In this document: positions 38,058 through 48,743 of the stretch, one piece after another
Layout: the number at the start of each line of letters is the position of its first letter
How positions within the stretch are numbered: position 1 is the first letter of the stretch
Source: an uncultured Desulfarculus sp.
Lineage (GTDB): Bacteria; Desulfobacterota; Desulfarculia; Desulfarculales; Desulfarculaceae
Length of the DNA: 64,000 nucleotides
Assembly (NCBI GenBank): GCA_963665125.2
Contig: CAXXUK010000001.1
Span: 288,001 to 352,000, forward strand
Reading direction: 5' to 3'
Position numbers and translations under genes: made by a program
The notes under the pieces: generated by a model
Seen by the model: the letters and a program-made list of their open reading frames with translations, nothing else
What the model was told of the DNA's origin: nothing
Databases searched by the model: none

Positions 38058-38867
38058 ATGATCATCATTGGAGAAAAGATAAACGGCACCCGAAAGGCCG
38101 TGGGCGCGGCCATCCGGGAGCGCAATGCCGAGCATATCAAGCAGCTTGCCCTGGATCAGGTGGCGGCCGGCAGCAACTACCTCGATGTGAACGCGGGCAC
38201 TTCCCCCGAGCGCGAGCCCGAGGACATGGCCTGGCTGGTTGAGTGCATCCAAGCTGTCACCGACTGCCCGCTGTGTCTGGACAGCGCCAATCCCAAGGCC
38301 CTGAAAGCAGGCCTGGATCTGGTGCAAAAAACTCCCATCATAAACTCGGTAAGCGGCGAAAAAACCCGCATCGAGGGCGTGTTGCCCTTGGCCCTGGAGT
38401 ACAAGACCGGCTTGATCCTGCTGGCCCTGGACGACGAGGTGGGCATCCCGGCCACGAGTCAGGGACGCCTGGAAATCGTCCACCGCCTGGCGGGCCTGGC
38501 CAAGGACGGAGGCTTGGCCGAGGATCAGCTTTTCGTGGACCCGCTGGTCACGGCCATCAGCACCGGCGACCGTAACGCCCTGATCACTTTCGACGCCATC
38601 AAGGGCGTGCGCGAGGCCTACCCCGAAGCTCATATCACCTGCGGCCTGAGCAATATCTCGTTCGGCATGCCCCTGCGTTCGCTGATCAATCAGACCTTCA
38701 TGGCCATGTGCATCCAGGTGGGCCTGGACAGCGCCATCATCGATCCCAATGACCGCAACCTCATCAGCATGATGCTGGCGGCTGAGATGCTAATGGGCAA
38801 GGACAAGTTTTGTCAGAAATTCAGCCGGGCCTACAGGTCCGGAAATATTGGACCAAAAAACAATTAA
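38058..38867 (+). CDS. Methyl-corrinoid:tetrahydrofolate methyltransferase (AcsE/MT II, pterin-binding)
   Basis: MIIIGEKINGTRK; LDVNAG; LCLDS; INSVSGE; VDPLV; GLSNISFG. Confidence 0.92.
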   Translation: MIIIGEKINGTRKAVGAAIRERNAEHIKQLALDQVAAGSNYLDVNAGTSPEREPEDMAWLVECIQAVTDCPLCLDSANPKALKAGLDLVQKTPIINSVSGEKTRIEGVLPLALEYKTGLILLALDDEVGIPATSQGRLEIVHRLAGLAKDGGLAEDQLFVDPLVTAISTGDRNALITFDAIKGVREAYPEAHITCGLSNISFGMPLRSLINQTFMAMCIQVGLDSAIIDPNDRNLISMMLAAEMLMGKDKFCQKFSRAYRSGNIGPKNN

Positions 38868-38885
38868 ACGACTTGGAGACTACAA

Positions 38886-39533
38886 ATGGCTGAACTAAAG
38901 GATTTATATACTGCGGTTGTCGAGATGCAGGAAGACACCGCCCTGCAGCTCACCCAGCAATTGGTGGACGAGGGCAAGCCGGCCATGCAGGTGTTCAACA
39001 CATATCAGGAAGCCCTGGAAGAGATCGGCAAGCGCTTTGAAAAGCAGCTTTACTTCATCCCCGAGTTGATCATGTCCGGCGAAATGATGAAGGCCGGCAG
39101 CGATATCCTCAAGCCCATGCTGACCGCCGAAGAATCGGAAGGCGCTGGAGATTTCAAGAAGCTGGGCAAGGTGCTCATAGCCACTGTCGAGGGAGACATT
39201 CACGACATCGGCAAAAACATCGTAACCATGATGATGGAACTCAACGGCTTTGAGGTACGCGACATCGGCGTGGATGTCCCGGCCGACAAGATCATCGCCG
39301 AGGCCCAGGATTTCGGCGCGGATATCATCGGGCTTTCGGGCCTGCTGACTCTGGCCTTTGACCCCATGAAGCAGGTTGTGGAAAAGCTGAAGGAAGCCGG
39401 CTTGCGGGACAAGGTGAAGGTGATGATCGGCGGCGGTCAGATGGACGAGCAGGTCTGCACCTATGTGGGCGCCGACGCCTTTTGCACCGACGCCGTGGTG
39501 GGCATCAACTACTGTAAAAATTGGTTGAGCTAA
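38886..39533 (+). CDS. Corrinoid protein of a methyltransferase system
   Basis: ATVEGDIHDIGKNIV; DIGVDVP; GLSGLLT; KVMIGGG. Confidence 0.93.
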   Translation: MAELKDLYTAVVEMQEDTALQLTQQLVDEGKPAMQVFNTYQEALEEIGKRFEKQLYFIPELIMSGEMMKAGSDILKPMLTAEESEGAGDFKKLGKVLIATVEGDIHDIGKNIVTMMMELNGFEVRDIGVDVPADKIIAEAQDFGADIIGLSGLLTLAFDPMKQVVEKLKEAGLRDKVKVMIGGGQMDEQVCTYVGADAFCTDAVVGINYCKNWLS

Positions 39534-39560
39534 GGCCGGGCCTTCGCAACCTACATAATC

Positions 39561-40913
39561 TTGAAAAGGATAATAGATATGTTCGAGGGATGGGATAAGA
39601 TGAGCGTCATCGAGCGGCAGGACGCCTTTTTGGCCAAGTGGGCCCAAGGCGAGGGGCTGCCCTTTGAAAGCGACCAAGCCAAGGCCGACTATGCCGAGCG
39701 CTGCATCCTGATGGCCGAATCGCTCCAGTTGAAGAAGTCTCCCAAGCGGGTGCCGATCGCTCCCCTGACGACCTTTGCTCCGCCCCAGATGGCGGGCGTC
39801 AGCGGCAAGCAGGCCATGTACGACCCCAAGGCCGCTGGTCAGTCCTACGTGGACTTCTGCAAGACCTACAAACCCGACCTGGCCGGTGCCGCCCCCATGC
39901 TCATGTACGGGCCGGCCCTGGAGACCCTGCAATATAATCTGTATAAGTGGCCCGGTCACGGCGTTGCCGAACACCTTTCCTATCAATTTCTTGAAAAGGA
40001 ATACATGAAGGTCGACGAGTATGACCACCTGATTGCCGACCCCACCGACTACTGGCTGCGCTCCTGGCTGCCCAAGACCCACGGCGCCCTGGAGGCCCTG
40101 TCGACCATGGCCCCGGTATACGGCACCATGGAATTGCCCATGAGCAGCAACTGGCTGATCAGCCTGGGCACTCCTCCGGTGCAGGAGGCCTTCCAGGCCC
40201 TGCTCAAGGCCGGAAAACAGTGCTTTGACTGGATCAATGAACTGGGCGCGTACATGGCCCAAATCTCCGGCATGGGACACCCCTTCTGCGCCGGCGGCGC
40301 CACCAAGGCCCCATTCGATGCCTTGAGCGACTCTTTCCGCGGCACCACCCCCTTGATGATGGACCTCTACCGCCGTCCGGAAAAGGTGTTGGAGGCGTGC
40401 CAGCGGCTGCTGAAGCCGATGATCGACACCGGCGTGGGCGGCGCGGTTGCCAACGGCAATCCGCTGGTTTTCATACCCCTGCACAAGGGGGCGGACGGAT
40501 TCATGTCCGACGAGCAGTTCCGCACGTATTACTGGCCGACCCTCAAGGCCCTGATGTACGGCCTGGCCGAAGCCGGTTGCGTGCCGGCGTGCTTCGTGGA
40601 GGGTGGATACAACCAGCGACTGGAGTATCTGGCCGAGACGTCCGACATTCGCTGCATGTACCTGTTCGACCGCACCGACATGGCCCAGGCCCGCAAGGTC
40701 CTGGGCGGCAAGGTCTGCATCGCCGGCGGTTTCCCGGTGACGCTGATCCTCACCGGCACCCCGGAGCAGGTCCGCGACGAGACCAAGAAGCTTCTGGACG
40801 AAGCCGCTGGCGACGGCGGTTACGTGTTGAGCATCGGTTGCGCCATGGACGAGGGCAAGGCCGACACCATGAGGGCCTTTGTCGAAGCCGGGCTGGAATA
40901 CGGCAAGTACTAA
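39561..40913 (+). CDS. Uroporphyrinogen decarboxylase-fold methyltransferase (MtaA/CmuA-like, probable substrate-specific MT I); start may be 39579 or 39600
   Basis: RVPIAP; APFDALSDSFRG; DLYRRPE; PLHKGADGFMSDEQF; CIAGGFP; GTPEQV; GGYVLSIGC. Confidence 0.85.
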   Translation: MKRIIDMFEGWDKMSVIERQDAFLAKWAQGEGLPFESDQAKADYAERCILMAESLQLKKSPKRVPIAPLTTFAPPQMAGVSGKQAMYDPKAAGQSYVDFCKTYKPDLAGAAPMLMYGPALETLQYNLYKWPGHGVAEHLSYQFLEKEYMKVDEYDHLIADPTDYWLRSWLPKTHGALEALSTMAPVYGTMELPMSSNWLISLGTPPVQEAFQALLKAGKQCFDWINELGAYMAQISGMGHPFCAGGATKAPFDALSDSFRGTTPLMMDLYRRPEKVLEACQRLLKPMIDTGVGGAVANGNPLVFIPLHKGADGFMSDEQFRTYYWPTLKALMYGLAEAGCVPACFVEGGYNQRLEYLAETSDIRCMYLFDRTDMAQARKVLGGKVCIAGGFPVTLILTGTPEQVRDETKKLLDEAAGDGGYVLSIGCAMDEGKADTMRAFVEAGLEYGKY

Positions 40914-40931
40914 GCCATAAATCAAGCTGAG

Positions 40932-40953
40932 CGGGCCCGGAAAACCGGGCCCG
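40932..40953 (+). terminator. Hairpin after the methyltransferase gene
   Basis: CGGGCCCGG-AAAA-CCGGGCCCG followed by TTT. Confidence 0.5.
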
Positions 40954-41047
40954 TTTCCAGGATAGCGGCACGGGTCAACGCGCCGACGGGAGAGGTGCGC
41001 CCCGGCCTCCGCAAAGAACAACAACGCAAGCGCAAGAGGAGAAGAGG

Positions 41048-41959
41048 GTGAAGAAGCTATTTAAGATTCGCGTGTTCGCGGCCGCGGCGGTCGCCGCCGT
41101 GCTGGTACTGGCCGGTGCCGGTTCGGCCATGGCCTTCGGCCACTACACCCCGGGTTCACTGGGCCTGAACGCGGCCACCCTGCCGCCCCAGGGCTTCCAC
41201 TACACCATGTACAACATTTTCTACAACGCCGACACCTTGAAGGACAACTCGGGCAATGATCTCCAGGTGGGCATGGACCTCAACGTATTCGCCAGCGTGC
41301 ATCAATTCACCTACATGACCGACTACAAGATCCTTGGCGCCGACTTCGGCTTTGACGCCATCATTCCGCTGGTCTACACCAACATCGAGATCAAGGCCGC
41401 GGGCGTTGATGAAGACACTTTCGGCATTGGCGATTTGTATTTCGAGCCGTTCGTGCTGGCTTGGCACACCCAAAACTGGGATGTGGCCTTTGCCCTGGGC
41501 TTCTACGCCCCCACCGCTGAAAGCGACAAGCCGTCTTCGCCCGGCGCGGGCTACTGGAGTTTCATGGAGACCCTGGGCGCCACCTACTACTTTGACGACG
41601 CCCGCACCTGGACATTCTCCGTGTTGACCCGCTGGCTGCAAAACACCGAGGACCGCGACACCAACATTACCCCCGGCGCGGACGTTGTGGCCGAGTACGG
41701 TTTGGCCAAGGCCTTGCCGGTCAATGACAACTTTATCTTTACCGCCGGTGTGGCGGGCTACACCTATGCCCAGCTCACCGACGACGACAGCGTGGATGAC
41801 GATGAGAAATACTTCGGCAACGCCGTTGGCCCCGAACTGCGGGTTTTGGTGTTCAAGCCCTTTGTCTGGCAGGTCAGCCTGCGCTATCTGTTTGAATACG
41901 GCTGTGAAAACACCACCGAGGGGCAGAATGTCTGCTTAACCTTGATCGGCTCGTTCTAG
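41048..41959 (+). CDS. Outer-membrane beta-barrel channel, SphA / phenol MetA-pathway family
   Basis: Signal peptide; HYTPGSLG..AATLPPQG; GIGDLYFEP..LAWH; FYAPT; C-terminal Phe. Confidence 0.8.
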   Translation: MKKLFKIRVFAAAAVAAVLVLAGAGSAMAFGHYTPGSLGLNAATLPPQGFHYTMYNIFYNADTLKDNSGNDLQVGMDLNVFASVHQFTYMTDYKILGADFGFDAIIPLVYTNIEIKAAGVDEDTFGIGDLYFEPFVLAWHTQNWDVAFALGFYAPTAESDKPSSPGAGYWSFMETLGATYYFDDARTWTFSVLTRWLQNTEDRDTNITPGADVVAEYGLAKALPVNDNFIFTAGVAGYTYAQLTDDDSVDDDEKYFGNAVGPELRVLVFKPFVWQVSLRYLFEYGCENTTEGQNVCLTLIGSF

Positions 41960-42103
41960 CGGTGTGAACATCGCCGGGCCCGTAAACTCGGGTCCTAACG
42001 GCCCGCCGGACGGCGTTTGTCCCCCCCTCGCCGTTTGGCGGGCCTTTTCCTTTGCTTGCGTCCGGGCCGTTTGAGGAATATGTTTTTTTAATGGAGAACT
42101 GTC

Positions 42104-43939
42104 TTGGCTGAAAGATCAACGGTCGAAGTAAAATTCGAGCCCCTGGGCCTGCGGGCTATGGTGCCCGGCGGCAGTCTGATCACCAGGGCCATGCTGGAAG
42201 CCGGTGTGCTGTTACCGCTGGACTGCGGTGGTAACGGGACTTGCGGCCGCTGTTTGGTGCTGGTGGAAGGAGCCACGTCCCCGCCCAGCCAGGCCGAGGA
42301 ACGCCTGCTGGACCGGGAGCAACTGGACCAGGGCTGGCGCTTGGCCTGCCAAACCAAGGCCCTGGGCGACCTGCGGGTGGCCGTGCCGGAAACGGCAGAA
42401 CGGGCCGACGGCGGTTGGCGCATAGACGACGGCGACGTGAAGGATTTAGAGGGCGGCACCCCGGTTGTCACGGCCCTGGCCCTGGAAATACCCGCTCCGA
42501 CCTTGCAGGACCCCCGCTCCGACCTGGCCAGGGTGTTGGCCCTGGCCGGCGGCGAGGAACATGCCGGGGCCGATCTGGCCACGGCCTCCCAGGTTTCGGC
42601 GCTGGCCCGCAAGCACAACTGGCATCTGGCGGCGTTTAGGCGCGGCGCGGAGCTGGTGGGCGTGGCCGCGCCTGGCGTGCCGCCCCTGGGCCTGGCCGTG
42701 GACCTGGGCTCCACCAAGATCGCGGCCTATCTGGTCAACTTGGAAGACGGTAAGGTCCTGGCCTCCAGGGGGCGTCTCAATCCCCAGGTGACATTTGGGG
42801 CCGATGTGGTCACCCGCTTGCAAAAGGCCATCCGCGACCCTGCCGAAGGCCGCCGAATGACCCGGTTGGTCCGCCGGGCCGTCGGCGATTTGGCGGGCGA
42901 ACTTGCCGCCCAGGCCGGGGTGGAACCAAGCCAAATCTGCGATATGACCCTGGTTGGCAACTCAGCCATGCATCATCTGCTGCTGGGCCTGCCCCTGGAG
43001 CAGCTTGGAGCGCCGCCGTTCGTGGCCTGCCTGGGCCAGGCCATTGATATCAAGGCCAGGGAACTTGGTTTGAAACTGGCTCCGGGAGCTTATGTGCATC
43101 TGCCGCCCCTGGTGGGCGGTTTTGTGGGCTCGGACAATGTGGCCATGATCATGGGGGCGGACCTGGACAGGCCGGGTCCGGTGCGTCTGGGCCTGGACAT
43201 CGGCACCAACACCGAAGTGGTGCTCACCGTACCGGGCGGCGAGCATGCCATGGTAATAGCTTCAGCTCCGTCCGGCCCGACCTTTGAGGGCGCGCACCTG
43301 AGTTCTGGCATGCGAGCCATGGCCGGGGCAATATCCAAAGTGGAGATACTCGATGACCAACCGGTGTGCTTCACCATTGACGGCGGAGCACCGGCCGGAA
43401 TCTGCGGCTCGGGCATAATCGACACCGTGGCCCGGCTATTGGAGGCCGGGATCATAAACAGCCGGGGGCATTTGGACCGAAGCCACCCCAGGGTGCGGGC
43501 GGACCAACGCAACATCAGCTATATCCTGGTCCCTGCGGAACAGTCGGCCATTGGCCAGGATATCGCCATCACCCAGAAGGACATAAGCCAGGTGCAACTG
43601 GCCAAGGCGGCCATCAGCGCTGCGGCCGGGACTTTGCTGGAACTGGCTGGTTTGGGCGTCGACGACATCGCCGAGGTCGTCTTGGCCGGGTCGTTCGGCG
43701 GCCATATTGACGTGGCCGGCGCCAAGCGCATAGGCCTGATACCCAATGTGGCGGCCGCGTCATACGCCCAGGTGGGCAACGCGGCGGGCAAGGGCGCCCG
43801 CAAGGTGCTGGTTGCCTCTGAAATGCGCGCGAGGGCCAAGGCCATTCCGGCCATGAGCCGCTACGTGGAACTGGCAAGCGAGACGAAATTCAATACCCTG
43901 TTCGCCCGCAGCCTGAGCTTGCCTGAAAGTTCATTTTAA
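42104..43939 (+). CDS. ATP-dependent reductive activator of corrinoid proteins (RACE/RACo, DUF4445, ASKHA) with an N-terminal [2Fe-2S] domain
   Basis: CGGNGTCGRC...RLACQ; AVDLGSTK; FGADVVTR; GGFVGSD; DIGTNTE; GPTFEG; GICGSG; LAGSFG; GNAA. Confidence 0.92.
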   Translation: MAERSTVEVKFEPLGLRAMVPGGSLITRAMLEAGVLLPLDCGGNGTCGRCLVLVEGATSPPSQAEERLLDREQLDQGWRLACQTKALGDLRVAVPETAERADGGWRIDDGDVKDLEGGTPVVTALALEIPAPTLQDPRSDLARVLALAGGEEHAGADLATASQVSALARKHNWHLAAFRRGAELVGVAAPGVPPLGLAVDLGSTKIAAYLVNLEDGKVLASRGRLNPQVTFGADVVTRLQKAIRDPAEGRRMTRLVRRAVGDLAGELAAQAGVEPSQICDMTLVGNSAMHHLLLGLPLEQLGAPPFVACLGQAIDIKARELGLKLAPGAYVHLPPLVGGFVGSDNVAMIMGADLDRPGPVRLGLDIGTNTEVVLTVPGGEHAMVIASAPSGPTFEGAHLSSGMRAMAGAISKVEILDDQPVCFTIDGGAPAGICGSGIIDTVARLLEAGIINSRGHLDRSHPRVRADQRNISYILVPAEQSAIGQDIAITQKDISQVQLAKAAISAAAGTLLELAGLGVDDIAEVVLAGSFGGHIDVAGAKRIGLIPNVAAASYAQVGNAAGKGARKVLVASEMRARAKAIPAMSRYVELASETKFNTLFARSLSLPESSF

Positions 43940-44063
43940 GGTCTGTTTCCGGACCGTCTGAAGCACCTGTATATGGCCCGCGCGATGCGGACGGAATATT
44001 GTGACTTTGGCCACAATGATCGATTGACACCGTATCCCGGCTGTGGAAATATACCAATATTGA

Positions 44064-44337
44064 CATATGTCAGTAATGACATATGCAAAATTAATACAAG
44101 ATGATTATTTGGGATAAGCCTTGCCAATTGCGGTAATGTCGCCGCTCCACACGGGTCGGCTACGTAGCCTTGATCTGGGGCGTTCCCCCGCATTTGACAA
44201 GGAACCGGCCCTACAACTTATTCACTGAATTGAGAACCTTGGGCGGTCGGGGCTATCCCACCGCAATAACACGAATTTTGAATGCTTGATTCGTGGGTTG
44301 GAAAATGGCCGCCATAAATATGTCAAAAAAGACATAT
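44064..44337. promoter_or_regulatory. Two copies of the palindrome ATATGTC-N6-GACATAT upstream of the formate dehydrogenase
   Basis: CATATGTCAGTAATGACATATG at 44064-44085 and ATATGTCAAAAAAGACATAT at 44318-44337. Confidence 0.7.
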
Positions 44338-44402
44338 AGAGGCCTGGAGAGCATGACAGCGACGGCCTGGGGCCTGAGCCCCGGCAAGTGGAGAGGAAAG
44401 CA

Positions 44403-47162
44403 ATGCCAAGGCTTTTCATAAACACCAGGGAGATTGATTGCCCCGACGGCTCCACCATTTTGGATGCCGCCGAGGCGCATGGCATCAGGATTCCCACCCT
44501 ATGCCACTACCCAAAGGCCCATAGCGGCGGGGTGTGCGGCGTTTGCGCCGTGGAAGACCTGGAAACGGGAAAGATTCTGCGCGCCTGCCATGAGATGGCG
44601 ATCGATGGCATGCGGATTTCCACCTACAGCGCCCAGGCCCGCCAGGCCCGGGAAGAGGCCATCAGGACACTGCTGTTGTCGGGAGACCACAACTGCCTGG
44701 TCATGGACCTGCCGCCGGAACAGTGGACCAAAGAGCAGCTGCGGATCATGCAAAAGCCCTGGCATGAAAGCCAATGCCCGTCCCATGGCAATTGCCGCCT
44801 GCAGGATCTGGCCATTGAATTCGGCGTGAGCATCAACGGTTGCGAGCACTCCGCCGAACCGGCCACCCTGGACGACAGCCACCCCATGATCGTGCGGGAC
44901 TTCAGCCGCTGCATCCAGTGCGGCCGCTGCGTGGCCGCCTGCAATCAGGTGCAGGTCAACGAGGCCATACCGGTTCAGGACGCACCCGACGGCGGGAATC
45001 AGCTCGGCTGGCACCCCCTGGTTAATTATGAAGACTGCACCCATTGCGGCGAGTGCGTTCAGGCCTGCCCGGTGGGCGCGCTCTTCGAGAAAAAGGCCTT
45101 TGGCCTATCTCACGGCCACGACGCCCGGATGGTGCGCACCACCTGCCCCTACTGCGGGGTGGGCTGCCAGCTTTGGTTGCATGTAAAGGACGGCAGGATC
45201 GTCAAGGTCACCGGCGTGGACGGGGCCCAGCCCAACCAGGGCAGGCTTTGCGTCAAGGGCCGCTTTGGCTATGACTTCATCTACTCCCCGGAGCGCCTGA
45301 CCAGCCCCCTGATCAAGGACGGCGGCGGCTTCCGGGAGGCTAGCTGGGACGAGGCCCTGGATTTGGTGGCCGACCGTCTCTCGGAAATCAAAAAGGAGTA
45401 TGGGCCCGACGCCATCGCCGGGGTGAGTTGCGCCAGGAGCATCAACGAAGACTCATACAATATGCAGAAGCTGTTTCGCGCGGTGATCGGTACGAATAAT
45501 ATCGATCACTGCGCGCGTACCTGACATGCTCCCACTGTCGCCGGTCTGGCGAACTCATTCGGTTCAGGTGCAATGACAAACAGTTTTGCCGACTTTGCCA
45601 GGGCCAAGATGATCCTGGTGATCGGCTCCAACATGACCCATGCCCACCCGGTGGCGGCCACGTTCGTCAAGAACGCCGTGAAGAACGGCGCCGAGTTGAT
45701 CGTGATCGACCCCAGGGCCACGGAACTGACCAAATACAGCGTGGAGCATCTCCCGCTCAAAGTCGGCAGCGATATAGCCCTGCTCAACGGGCTGATGCAT
45801 GTGTTGATCAGCGAGGAGCTATACGCCAAGGAATATGTAAATTCCTGCACGGCGGGCTTTGAGGAACTCAAGGCCAAGGTCATGGAGTACCCGCCGGAGC
45901 GCGCCGCCGAGATCAGCGGCATCCCGGCCCAAGACATCGTCCGGGTGGCCCGCCGCCTGGCCACGGTGCGGCCGGCCATGCTCATGTACACCCTGGGCAT
46001 CACCGAGCACACCTGCGGCGTCAACAACGTGATGAGTTGCGCCAACCTGCAAATGCTCTTGGGCAACGTGGGATTCGAGTGCGGCGGCGTCAACCCCTTG
46101 CGCGGCCAGAACAACGTGCAGGGGGCCTGCGACATGGGCGCGCTGCCCAACGTGTTTCACGGCTACCAGAAGGTTATCGACGAAAAGGCCCGCCAGAAGT
46201 TCCAGGAGGCCTGGGGCGTGGACGATCTGCCCGACCAAAACGGGTTGATGATGCCGGCCATGATGGACGGGCTCAAGTCAGGAAAGGTCAAGGCCTTCTG
46301 GGTCTTCGGCGAAAACCTGGCCAACACCGAACCGGACATCCACCACGTGGAAAGTTGCATGCAGTCGGCCGAATTCATGATCTGTAACGACATTTTCCCC
46401 ACGGAGACAACCCGTTTCGCCGACGTGATCTTTCCGGCCGCCGCCTGGAGCGAGGACGACGGCACCTTTACCAACAGCGAACGGCGGGTCAACCGGGTGC
46501 GTAAGGTCTCCGAACCGCCGGGAGATTCCCGCCCCAACTGGTGGATATTCAAGCAAGTGGCCAAGCGTATGGGCGACGACTGGGAATCAAACAGCTCCCA
46601 GGAGATATGGGACAATGAAATAGCCGCCTTGGCTCCCGCGTTCGGCGGCATCAAATACCATCGTATTGAGTGGGACGGCCTGCAATGGCCCGCCCCGTCC
46701 GAGGATCACCCCGGCACGCCTTTCCTGCACAAGGACGGCTGCTTCACCTGCGGGCTGGGCAACTTCGTGGCCGTTGACTGGACCCCGCCCGCCGAGTGCG
46801 CCAACGACGAATACCCCTGGGTTTTGAGCACCGGCCGCCGCCTGTACCACTACCACACCCGCACCCAGACCGGCCGGGCCGAGGGCCTCAATGTGCTATT
46901 GGGTGAAGAGACGGCCGACATCGCCGCCGCCGATGCCGATAAACTCGGCGTGGCCGACGGCGAACTGATCAAGGTGAGCTCAAGGCGGGGCAGCGTCAAG
47001 GTACGGGCCAGGGTGACGCCCCAGGTGCCGCCGGGAATGGTCTGGATGGCCTTCCACTTCCGGGAAAACAACGCCAACTGGCTGACCAACCCTGTTTATG
47101 ATCCGGTCTCCCAGACCGCCGAATATAAGGCCTGCGCGGTCAGGCTGGAGAAAATGGCCTGA
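44403..47162 (+). CDS. fdhA: Selenocysteine-containing cytoplasmic formate dehydrogenase alpha subunit (Mo/W-bisPGD) with N-terminal Fe-S domains; one gene, UGA 45522-45524 = Sec
   Basis: ORFs 44388-45524 and 45573-47162 are in frame: NNIDHCART-(TGA)-HAPTVAGLANSFGSGAMTNS; TTCPYCGVGC; LCVKGRFG; LRGQNNVQGACDMG; GTFTNSERR; EYKACAV; no Tat signal. Confidence 0.93.
45525..45560 (+). promoter_or_regulatory. Bacterial SECIS element
   Basis: Hairpin TCGCC-GGTCT-GGCGA (45538-45552) starting 13 nt after the in-frame TGA; loop resembles the GGTCT apical region of the fdhF SECIS. Confidence 0.8.
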
Positions 47163-47194
47163 GGCTGGCGGGGCGTTTTTTAAACACCGCAAGA

Positions 47195-47228
47195 CAAAGG
47201 GGACTGGCTGCGCGGCCGGGCCCCTTTG
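47195..47228. terminator. Probable bidirectional terminator between fdh and TetR
   Basis: CAAAGGGG...CCCCTTTG stem between convergent genes. Confidence 0.6.
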
Positions 47229-47247
47229 ATTTGTTAACTTGCTTGTG

Positions 47248-47844
47248 TTAGTCGCTAATTGTTGTTCGATGATCTCCGAGCAGTGACATGTATGTTTCCC
47301 TGATGAACTGTTCGTAATAGCCGGGAACGGGCTTGCCAGCCTCCAGGTACGCCCTTACGGCGCTTGCCGGTATCTGGATCAGACATAAGGCGACGCGGTC
47401 CAGGTTTTTTTTGCTGGCTTTGCCGAGGAAATGTCGGGTGAATCCGGTCAAACCTGCATCAAGCTCGGATATCAGGTTTGCCACCCTGTCCTTGATGCTC
47501 CCAGGCCAATCCCCGGCAATCAATTCCTCCCGCCGGTAAAGCAGGAAGACCCTGGCCTGGTTCGGGTGCTTTTTAACCCATTTCAGGGTGTGGAGGGCTG
47601 CCTTTTGCCCGTCGCCCTTATTGAGTTCCTCAAGGAAACCGGCCTGGAATGACTCGATCAATTCCACCCATAGCTCGGCCAGCAGGATCTCCCGGGAAGC
47701 GAACCGGTGATATACCGAGCCCACCGGGGCCCCTATTTTGTCGGCGATTGCGGCAATGGTCACCCCGCCGGGTCCCTTGTCGGCCAGCAGCGCAAGCGCG
47801 GCTTCTAGAAAATCTTCGTTGGTAAATCGCGCTTTTCGTCCCAA
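47248..47844 (-). CDS. TetR-family regulator
   Basis: GRKARF...VTIAAIADKIGAPVGSVYHRFASRE. Confidence 0.9.
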   Translation of the reverse strand: MGRKARFTNEDFLEAALALLADKGPGGVTIAAIADKIGAPVGSVYHRFASREILLAELWVELIESFQAGFLEELNKGDGQKAALHTLKWVKKHPNQARVFLLYRREELIAGDWPGSIKDRVANLISELDAGLTGFTRHFLGKASKKNLDRVALCLIQIPASAVRAYLEAGKPVPGYYEQFIRETYMSLLGDHRTTISD

Positions 47845-47895
47845 CTTTACTCAACTTGTCCAATGATTTTTACAATTCACCTGCCGGCCACGGTG

Positions 47896-48390
47896 TCATT
47901 GCCGGAGATGGGCGGTCATTTCACCGCAAAGGACCGGTCTGCAACTATCGAATTGGATGTCCCGCACGGTTTTCATATTCTTCCACAAGATTTCATGACC
48001 TTTCAATCCCTCCGCGAAACTGACCCTCTGTTGCCAGGATTTGATCTCCTCCTCGGTGGCCTCTCTCCTGGCCGAAGCCTTGCCCATCAGGCGCATGCCG
48101 GGAAAGGTCTTGAACTTGCCAGCGGAAAGGGCTTCCAGCCAGAAAGATTGAAAATCGCCGTTTATGGCCAACACCGCGACTCTGTGGTTTTTGTCCAGGT
48201 TTGCCCCAAGTTGAACCGGAAATTTCTCGAAATAGTAGCCGGTGCGGTCGTCCCGCAGGATCAGCGAGCCGATGGGTGTGACGTGGGGATACCCATTGGC
48301 GTCAACCGTGGCGATTGAGTAAGAAAAAGAACTCTGCCCCGCGTCTTCGAATATCTGCCTGATTTCCGGCCATTGGTTGATAAGGTCCAT
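47896..48390 (-). CDS. Pyridoxamine 5'-phosphate oxidase-like (FMN split-barrel) protein
   Basis: SIATVDANGYPHVTPIGS; NLDKNHRV; GMRLMG. Confidence 0.8.
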   Translation of the reverse strand: MDLINQWPEIRQIFEDAGQSSFSYSIATVDANGYPHVTPIGSLILRDDRTGYYFEKFPVQLGANLDKNHRVAVLAINGDFQSFWLEALSAGKFKTFPGMRLMGKASARREATEEEIKSWQQRVSFAEGLKGHEILWKNMKTVRDIQFDSCRPVLCGEMTAHLRQ

Positions 48391-48743
48391 TTTCCCCTCA
48401 CAGATTTATGGGTTGTTTGCGGTGGTTGAGCTGGAAAACCCTAAGCATCCAGCGGTTATTAGAATGATAATATTAGAATATAAATACTAAAAAAGTCAAC
48501 GGAGGATTTTATTTTGCGGAACCGGGACGTCATTATCCGGGGAGCGTAACGGTGGCTGGCGCACAAGGCCAAACCGCCGTCATGACCCGGAACCAGTGCC
48601 CGGCCGTGGGTATTAAAATTAATCATCGGGTGTGTTCGGATGTAAATTTGTGTATCTTGGAGACTGGAAGTGTATCTTGGACTGACCATGCTGTGACCGG
48701 AATTAGGGGATTGATTGCAATTACACCTATCGTGGAGTGAGTC

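Noticed and set aside
45522..45524. Nonsense mutation / fdh pseudogene
   Set aside because: TGA sits at the conserved Sec position and is followed by a SECIS-like hairpin
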